Source: Candidatus Saccharimonadota bacterium (lineage in GTDB: Bacteria > Patescibacteriota > Saccharimonadia > CAILAD01 > BJGX01). Taken from it: a stretch of DNA of 64,000 nt. Made by a program: the position numbers and the translations under genes. The stretch lies in assembly GCA_046350735.1 (NCBI GenBank), contig JAXLZU010000001.1:76530-140529 (forward strand), in the 5' to 3' direction. Below are positions 56,043 through 64,000 of the stretch, piece by piece. How positions within the stretch are numbered: position 1 is the first letter of the stretch; the number at the start of each line of letters is the position of its first letter. The notes under the pieces are model-generated. The model was not told the DNA's origin and ran no database searches. It worked only from the letters and a program-made list of their open reading frames with translations.

Positions 56043-57818
56043 ATGAAGCACATACGTAACTTTTTGTATTGTGCTCATATTGATCACGGCAAATCTACCC
56101 TGGCCGATAGAATGCTCGAAATTACTGGTACAGTTGAGAAGCGAGAAATGAAGCAGCAGTTATTAGACAGTATGGATCTCGAGCGAGAAAAAGGCATTAC
56201 AATTAAGTTACAGCCAGTACAGATGAAATGGCAAAACCATACTCTCAATCTAATAGACACTCCAGGACATGTAGACTTTAGCTATGAGGTTAGTCGTAGC
56301 CTGGCAGCTGTCGAGGGCGCAATCTTGGTGGTAGATGCTGCACAAGGTATTCAGGCCCAAACACTGGCGAATGTATATCTCGCACTTGAGGCAAACCTGA
56401 CTATTATTCCGGTACTCAACAAAATCGATCTACCCGCCGCAGACCCTGAGCGTGTAGCTAGGGAAGTTGCTAACCTCATTGGTTGTGAGCCAGACGAAAT
56501 ACTGCGTATCTCGGCTAAAGATGGGACAGGAGTAGAACAGTTGCTCGATAAGCTAGTCGAAGAGATACCGGCGCCAAAAGGAGACGAAAATACATCACTA
56601 AGGGCTCTGGTATTCGATTCGGTCTATGATGAATATCGTGGAGTTATTCTCTATATACGTGTAGTCGATGGCAGTATAAAAAAGGGCGATGCTCTCAAAA
56701 TGATGTTTTCTGGTCAAAATACTTTGGCAGTAGATGTGGGGCACTTTGCGCCTACAATGATTGCCGATAGCGAAATTCCCTGTGGGCAAATTGGATACAT
56801 CTGTACTAACTTAAAATCTATTACTGAGGCAAGAGTAGGTGATACTGTAACAACAGAAAAAAATCCATCCGAGCTACCACTGGATGGTTATAAAAAGATT
56901 AAGCCATATGTTTACGCGGGATTTTTTCCGGTAAGTGGTGAAGACTATCCAGCGCTTAAAGATGCTTTAGAAAAACTTACTCTCAATGATGCATCTTTAC
57001 AATATGAGCCTGAGTCATCGAAGGTATTAGGGTTCGGTTTTCGGCTGGGGTTTTTAGGCTTACTTCATCTAGAAATAGTTAAAGAAAGACTCGAGCGCGA
57101 ATTTAACCTCCAGCTCGTTATTACGAGCCCTAGCGTAGATTATCAAGTAAAAACCACCAATAATGAAGTAATAGAGGTAAAAAGTGCGGCTGACTTGCCA
57201 GATGTGAGTCGTATTCTAGAAATTAGCGAGCCATGGATAAATGGTGAGATTATTGTTCCGAGTGCTTATCTAGGGTCAATTATTCAGCTTATTAATTCGG
57301 TGCGTGGTATACAAAAAAACCTAAGTTATATCGAAAAAGAATTAGCGCTAGTAAGTTTTGAGGCACCACTTGCTAATGTATTAACTGATTTTTATGATGA
57401 TCTAAAAAGTATTAGTTCTGGCTATGGGTCATTTAATTATGATCTTAGCGGCTATAAGCCCGAAGATTTGGTAAGAGTAGATATTCTGGTGGGTGGTGAA
57501 ATGGTAGATTCACTTAGTGTCATTACACACAGAAGTGAGTCACTTAGTGTAGGGAGAAAAATTACAGAAAAACTCAAAGAAGTAATACCACGCCAGCTTT
57601 TTGAGGTAAGCTTGCAAGCTGCAATTGGCGGCAAGGTGATAGCTCGTGAAGATGTAAAAGCGATGGGAAAAAATGTAACTGCCAAATTGTATGGAGGAGA
57701 TGTTAGTCGAAAAAATAAGCTGCTCGATAAGCAAAAAAAAGGTAAAAAACGTATGAAAAAAATTGGTAAGGTCGATATACCAGCTGAAGCATTTATGGTA
57801 CTGTTAAAGAAAGATTAA
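56043..57818 (+). CDS. lepA: Elongation factor 4
   Basis: AHIDHGKSTLADR, DTPGHVDF, NKID, GFLGLLH, KLYGGD.SRK.KLL.KQK.GK. Confidence 0.97.
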   Translation: MKHIRNFLYCAHIDHGKSTLADRMLEITGTVEKREMKQQLLDSMDLEREKGITIKLQPVQMKWQNHTLNLIDTPGHVDFSYEVSRSLAAVEGAILVVDAAQGIQAQTLANVYLALEANLTIIPVLNKIDLPAADPERVAREVANLIGCEPDEILRISAKDGTGVEQLLDKLVEEIPAPKGDENTSLRALVFDSVYDEYRGVILYIRVVDGSIKKGDALKMMFSGQNTLAVDVGHFAPTMIADSEIPCGQIGYICTNLKSITEARVGDTVTTEKNPSELPLDGYKKIKPYVYAGFFPVSGEDYPALKDALEKLTLNDASLQYEPESSKVLGFGFRLGFLGLLHLEIVKERLEREFNLQLVITSPSVDYQVKTTNNEVIEVKSAADLPDVSRILEISEPWINGEIIVPSAYLGSIIQLINSVRGIQKNLSYIEKELALVSFEAPLANVLTDFYDDLKSISSGYGSFNYDLSGYKPEDLVRVDILVGGEMVDSLSVITHRSESLSVGRKITEKLKEVIPRQLFEVSLQAAIGGKVIAREDVKAMGKNVTAKLYGGDVSRKNKLLDKQKKGKKRMKKIGKVDIPAEAFMVLLKKD

Positions 57819-57828
57819 CGAGACAATA

Positions 57829-58035
57829 ATGGACAAATCAAAACGACCACCCTTGAATCCAAGTGAAGTAAATTATAGTGCAGAAGGTGAACTAGAAAGT
57901 TATCGATACAATCCACACTCAAAAACCCGAACAGTTCTTGTGATACTATTCTTTGTTATTGTAGCAATATTGGTTTTGGTTGTTATAGGAGTTTGGTATT
58001 GGTATACTGGCAAAATTAATACATTACTTCAATAG
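57829..58035 (+). CDS. Small single-TM hypothetical protein
   Basis: 68-aa ORF co-oriented after lepA. Confidence 0.55.
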   Translation: MDKSKRPPLNPSEVNYSAEGELESYRYNPHSKTRTVLVILFFVIVAILVLVVIGVWYWYTGKINTLLQ

Positions 58036-58046
58036 ATTGGCCCGGT

Positions 58047-58304
58047 ATGAACGATACAGATATGCGCAAAGCAGAAAATAAACGCTCTATTATCACTGCG
58101 ATAGTATTTGTGGTAGGATTTAGCCTGCTTTTAATCGGTTTTATACTAATGATGAGAGCACTATTTGCACCGAAGACGCAATATAATGGTAAAAGCGCTT
58201 CTGGGCAATTCGAAGCTGATCAGGAGAGTGAGTTTTATCAGACACAAGAGAATGTATCACAACCAGATCCTCCAGCTACCACCCAAACAGAAGATAACCA
58301 ATAA
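58047..58304 (+). CDS. Small single-TM hypothetical protein
   Basis: 85-aa ORF with a TM and an acidic tail. Confidence 0.55.
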   Translation: MNDTDMRKAENKRSIITAIVFVVGFSLLLIGFILMMRALFAPKTQYNGKSASGQFEADQESEFYQTQENVSQPDPPATTQTEDNQ

Positions 58305-58317
58305 TAAAAAACTCCAA

Positions 58318-58344
58318 TTAGCACTCTTGACACTAGAGTGCTAA
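58318..58344 (+). promoter_or_regulatory. CIRCE operator (perfect) overlapping the -35 of the hrcA promoter
   Basis: TTAGCACTC-ttgacacta-GAGTGCTAA; TTGACA 58327-58332, TACAAT 58351-58356. Confidence 0.95.
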
Positions 58345-58364
58345 TTTATATACAATGGTATGTA

Positions 58365-58391
58365 TCAGCACTCTAAAGTGTTGATTGCCAA
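58365..58391 (+). promoter_or_regulatory. Second, degenerate CIRCE
   Basis: TCAGCACTC-N9-GATTGCCAA. Confidence 0.75.
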
Positions 58392-58407
58392 ATAAACGTT
58401 TATTTTT

Positions 58408-59117
58408 ATGACAAAACGACAAGAAGAAATATTGGCCGATATTATTCGGCTCTATGCTGATAGTGCCGAGCCAGTAAGCTCGCGTGAGCTAGCCAGAATA
58501 TTTGGGCTGAGCTCAGCCACTATTCGTGCCGAGATGGCAGCATTAGAAACTAACGGCTATATCTTTCAGCCGCATGTTTCCGCTGGTAGAGTACCAACCG
58601 ACAAAGGCTATCGTTTTTTTGTTAACAATCTGGCAAATAACCCAGGTGAGAGTACTGATGTGATTCCTACTAGAAGTGTGCAAACAATAGCAAAGAGAGT
58701 CGACAGCCTCAAAGACAGAAGCGATAGTGCCATAAAAATCGCTGCCGAAACACTTAGTGATCTGACTGGCAATATGACTTTTGCTACGTTAAGTGATGCC
58801 GTCTATCTGCATGGTATGGGACAATTATTCTCACAGCCAGAATTTCTTGATCAGATACAAGCTTTGCAGGCTGCTCGGTTTATCGATGCTATGCAGACTT
58901 GGTTGAGTGAGGCAAAGATAGATAGCCTGCAGGTGTTTATAGGTTCGGAAAATCCTATCTCGCGGTCGAGTGGGTTAACTATGGTGGTGAATAGGTTTTC
59001 TAGCCCATATTCCGACCAAAGCTACATTGGTATTATTGGCCCAACCCGTCAGAGCTACGACAAGGTAATTAATCTAGTTGAGTCAACTACCGAGGCATTA
59101 GAGGAGGCCTTTAAAGC

Positions 59118-59121
<4 letters not shown>
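58408..59121 (+). CDS. hrcA: Heat-inducible transcription repressor HrcA (short form)
   Basis: EPVSS..L, SSATIRAEMA.LE..GY..QPH.SAGRVPTDKGYR, IGIIGPTR; CIRCE upstream. Confidence 0.93.
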
Positions 59122-61603
<2,482 letters not shown>

Positions 61604-61685
61604 TATTTTTATCGGGGCAAAGCGATAGACGATAATCACTATTGCTTTGCTCGAACAATACTTATAAGCGTGAGATAATACCTAT

Positions 61686-62294
61686 ATGACTACTACTAGC
61701 CCAGCCAGTATATTTATCGATGGTGAAAACCTGCTTTATGGTCTTCTCTCGGTTTTAATACCTGAAAAACTAGTACCTGAAAGGGCTGATTTAGTTAAGT
61801 TTGATCTTATCTCACTCTTTTTAGAGGCAGTTAAAGACAATACCAAACCGATTAATATTTACTACTATGGTACCAAGCCGCACGTTGTAAAAGACATGGG
61901 CGAGGAAGCTCTGGAGGCATCTACAAAAATGGTAGAACACAAGCAGGCATGGGGAGAATGGTTAGAGAAACAAAAAATTCTCTATATTACTGCTGGTAAT
62001 TTGCGTGCTAGACAAAAAAAAGAAGGGGTTATATTTCAAGAAAAAGGTGTAGACGTACGTATTGCTGTAGATATGGTAAAGCTAGCATATGAGGCTGACA
62101 AAATGCACTTTGTTGTAGCCAGTAGCGACAGTGATATTATTCCGGCACTGAGAGTTATTAAAGAAAAAGGACACCAGATTACCTATGTGGCAATGGCCGG
62201 TAGCACCAATAAAGCTATTTCGGCTAATGTAGATAAGACAGTAACCTTTAATCGCCAGGATATTATTACTAATTATAAAAGTGTTAACAAATAA
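61686..62294 (+). CDS. NYN-domain (LabA/DUF88, PIN-like) protein
   Basis: [30 protein letters not shown]. Confidence 0.88.
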   Translation: MTTTSPASIFIDGENLLYGLLSVLIPEKLVPERADLVKFDLISLFLEAVKDNTKPINIYYYGTKPHVVKDMGEEALEASTKMVEHKQAWGEWLEKQKILYITAGNLRARQKKEGVIFQEKGVDVRIAVDMVKLAYEADKMHFVVASSDSDIIPALRVIKEKGHQITYVAMAGSTNKAISANVDKTVTFNRQDIITNYKSVNK

Positions 62295-63211
62295 TGGCAG
62301 ACAAACGTGACTATTACGAAGTATTAGGGGTTGGTAGAGATGCATCTGCCGATGAGATAAAGAAAGCTTTCCGCAAAAAGGCTATAGAATTACACCCTGA
62401 CAAAGATACTGGAGATGAAGAAAAGTTTAAAGAGGTTAACGAAGCCTACGAGGTCTTAAGTAATGAGCAAAAGAAAGCAGCGTATGATCAATTTGGGCAT
62501 GCTGCAGGTGCCGAACAAGCGGGCGGAGGCAACCCATATGGTGCTGGCGGCAACCCGTTTGCTGGTGGTTTTGGTAGAGCTGAAGGCTTTGATGGCATGG
62601 AATTCAATTTTGGGGGAGGTAACTTAAATGATATTTTCGACATGTTCTTTACTGGTGGACGTAACAGAACTCGCGATGTCGAAATAAGTATTACTATAGA
62701 ATTCGAAGAAGCGGTGAAAGGAACCACTAAGACTATTAGTTTGCGTGTAGCCGACAGTAAGAATGGTGGTCGAAAAAACGAAGAGGTAAAGATAAAAATT
62801 CCGGCTGGCATTGATGATGGCCAGAGCATAAAGATGAGCGGTAAAGGTGAAATTAATCAGAATGGCGACCGGGGAGACCTATATGTTCATATTAGAGTGC
62901 GTCCCAGTAACGAGTTTCGTCGCGAAGGTGCAAATATTATTACCGAGCTAAATGTCGACTTTGTCGATGCGGTACTCGGCAGTGAGGCCGATGTTAAAAC
63001 ATTAGATGGTAAAACAACTATTAAAATTCCTGCTGGTACCCAGCCAGGTAAAATTCTCAAAATGACCGGTAAGGGTATGCCACTACTCGGTACCAATAGG
63101 CATGGCGACCATCTAATTATTGTAAATATTGCTATTCCTAAAAAAATTAGTAGTAAACAGCGACAAGCTCTAGAAGACTATCGTAAAGCTAGCAGTAGAA
63201 AATTCTGGTGA
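62294..63211 (+). CDS. dnaJ: DnaJ-family co-chaperone lacking the zinc-finger region
   Basis: [13 protein letters not shown]-rich region, DIF, C-terminal IPAG..GDLY; no CxxCxGxG. Confidence 0.88.
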   Translation: MADKRDYYEVLGVGRDASADEIKKAFRKKAIELHPDKDTGDEEKFKEVNEAYEVLSNEQKKAAYDQFGHAAGAEQAGGGNPYGAGGNPFAGGFGRAEGFDGMEFNFGGGNLNDIFDMFFTGGRNRTRDVEISITIEFEEAVKGTTKTISLRVADSKNGGRKNEEVKIKIPAGIDDGQSIKMSGKGEINQNGDRGDLYVHIRVRPSNEFRREGANIITELNVDFVDAVLGSEADVKTLDGKTTIKIPAGTQPGKILKMTGKGMPLLGTNRHGDHLIIVNIAIPKKISSKQRQALEDYRKASSRKFW

Positions 63212-63281
63212 ACAGCTTGTATCTTTATAGCTAAGAGAATTACTTGCTGCTTACCCAAGCAGAAGCTATACTTAGCATAAG

Positions 63282-63779
63282 ATGTTTCATATACCAAACT
63301 TTACGTTCAATCTCTTACTGTTTGGCCTGTCTGGTTTACTAGCGGCGTTAGGATTTATGTTTGGTGAAAACCGTATTAAGGTGGTGAGTTATGCAGCTTT
63401 TATTGCATTATTTATACTGCAAATTATTCCTGGTAGCTTTTTTGATAGCTTGGGTAAAAGTATTCATATAGATCTCGCTTCTCCTAAAGTGGCCTTTGTA
63501 GCAATTGTTTGTGCAGTCTTCTTTTTGGGTGCCCTAATTAATCAGAAAAAGGCAAAGTATAAGATGCGGGCTATCCCACTTGGAGTATTAACTGCTGTTT
63601 TTATTGTGGCGTTTTCTATAGGCTTGTTTCCGAGCAACCAAGCTAACGATCTTCTAACGAATTATAATCTAGCAGCAATGGTCAGCAATGTTCGCGTTCC
63701 CCTTATGTTGGCATTGGCTATCTGGCTGGCAGTTATACAGTTCCTACCAGACAAATCTGATAAAGATGACAAAAAATGA
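63282..63779 (+). CDS. Hypothetical membrane protein
   Basis: About 5 hydrophobic segments; TATACT 8 nt before the ATG. Confidence 0.65.
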   Translation: MFHIPNFTFNLLLFGLSGLLAALGFMFGENRIKVVSYAAFIALFILQIIPGSFFDSLGKSIHIDLASPKVAFVAIVCAVFFLGALINQKKAKYKMRAIPLGVLTAVFIVAFSIGLFPSNQANDLLTNYNLAAMVSNVRVPLMLALAIWLAVIQFLPDKSDKDDKK

Positions 63780-64000
63780 CACAACTGTCAGAGAAATATC
63801 AACGGTCTCTTAGGATACTTCAACAGTCTCCAGAGTTTCATTTGAGCCAAAACGAAAAAAGAGAAGTTAAGCAATTTGAAGCTTTTCTATGTCGGCCAGA
63901 AATTCCTGGAGATCTTATTTTTTTATCTACTAGAGTGAAGGCACCCCAAAAAAATATTGCCTGGATTGCCAGACAAAAGGCAGGCTTAGAAACTATATGT

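Noticed and set aside
55955-56075. Truncated MurJ and altered LepA N-terminus (RNFLYCAH vs usual RNFxIIAH) as biology
   Set aside because: One extra A at about 55957-55960 would extend MurJ to a TGA overlapping the lepA ATG, and compensating indels explain LepA. Most likely local sequencing errors in homopolymers.
63776-64000. Possible start of prfB or another CDS at the window end
   Set aside because: Only a faint resemblance, with frames broken; looks like low-quality terminal sequence and cannot be supported.

Overview
Bacterial chromosomal segment read in genetic code 11. It is most consistent with a Patescibacteria/CPR genome (inference from the short HrcA, pervasive leaderless promoters, the intron-split tRNA-Asn and the protein families present). 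Layout: 1-16 kb holds a surface-polysaccharide/cell-envelope cluster (GT2s, wzm/wzt, methyltransferase, WbsX-like protein, O-antigen ligase fusion, repeat+CHAP-like hydrolase, GT4, glycoside hydrolase). At 17.7-18.3 kb a small HNH gene has its stop codon inside a tRNA-Asn(GTT) gene that is split by a 227-nt group I intron. 18.3-23.4 kb is an array of small, self-promoted cargo genes separated by about six related att-like repeats. These end in the tRNA-Asn 3' sequence, and the tRNA-derived core is intact only near the tRNA; this is the main candidate novel system, and no integrase is in the window. 23.4-47 kb carries accessory and metabolic genes (ABC transporters, lipase + CruF/CrtC-like genes, two-component system, malic enzyme, lexA, pyrF-pyrE). 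All three CAT-anticodon tRNAs lie near tilS, and two are followed by structured copies of their own 3' halves. The window ends with ftsH, an S74-chaperone fibre protein, murJ, lepA and a double-CIRCE hrcA-grpE-dnaK-(NYN)-dnaJ operon. A few local frameshifts look like sequencing errors. Family assignments come from motif recognition, not database searches.
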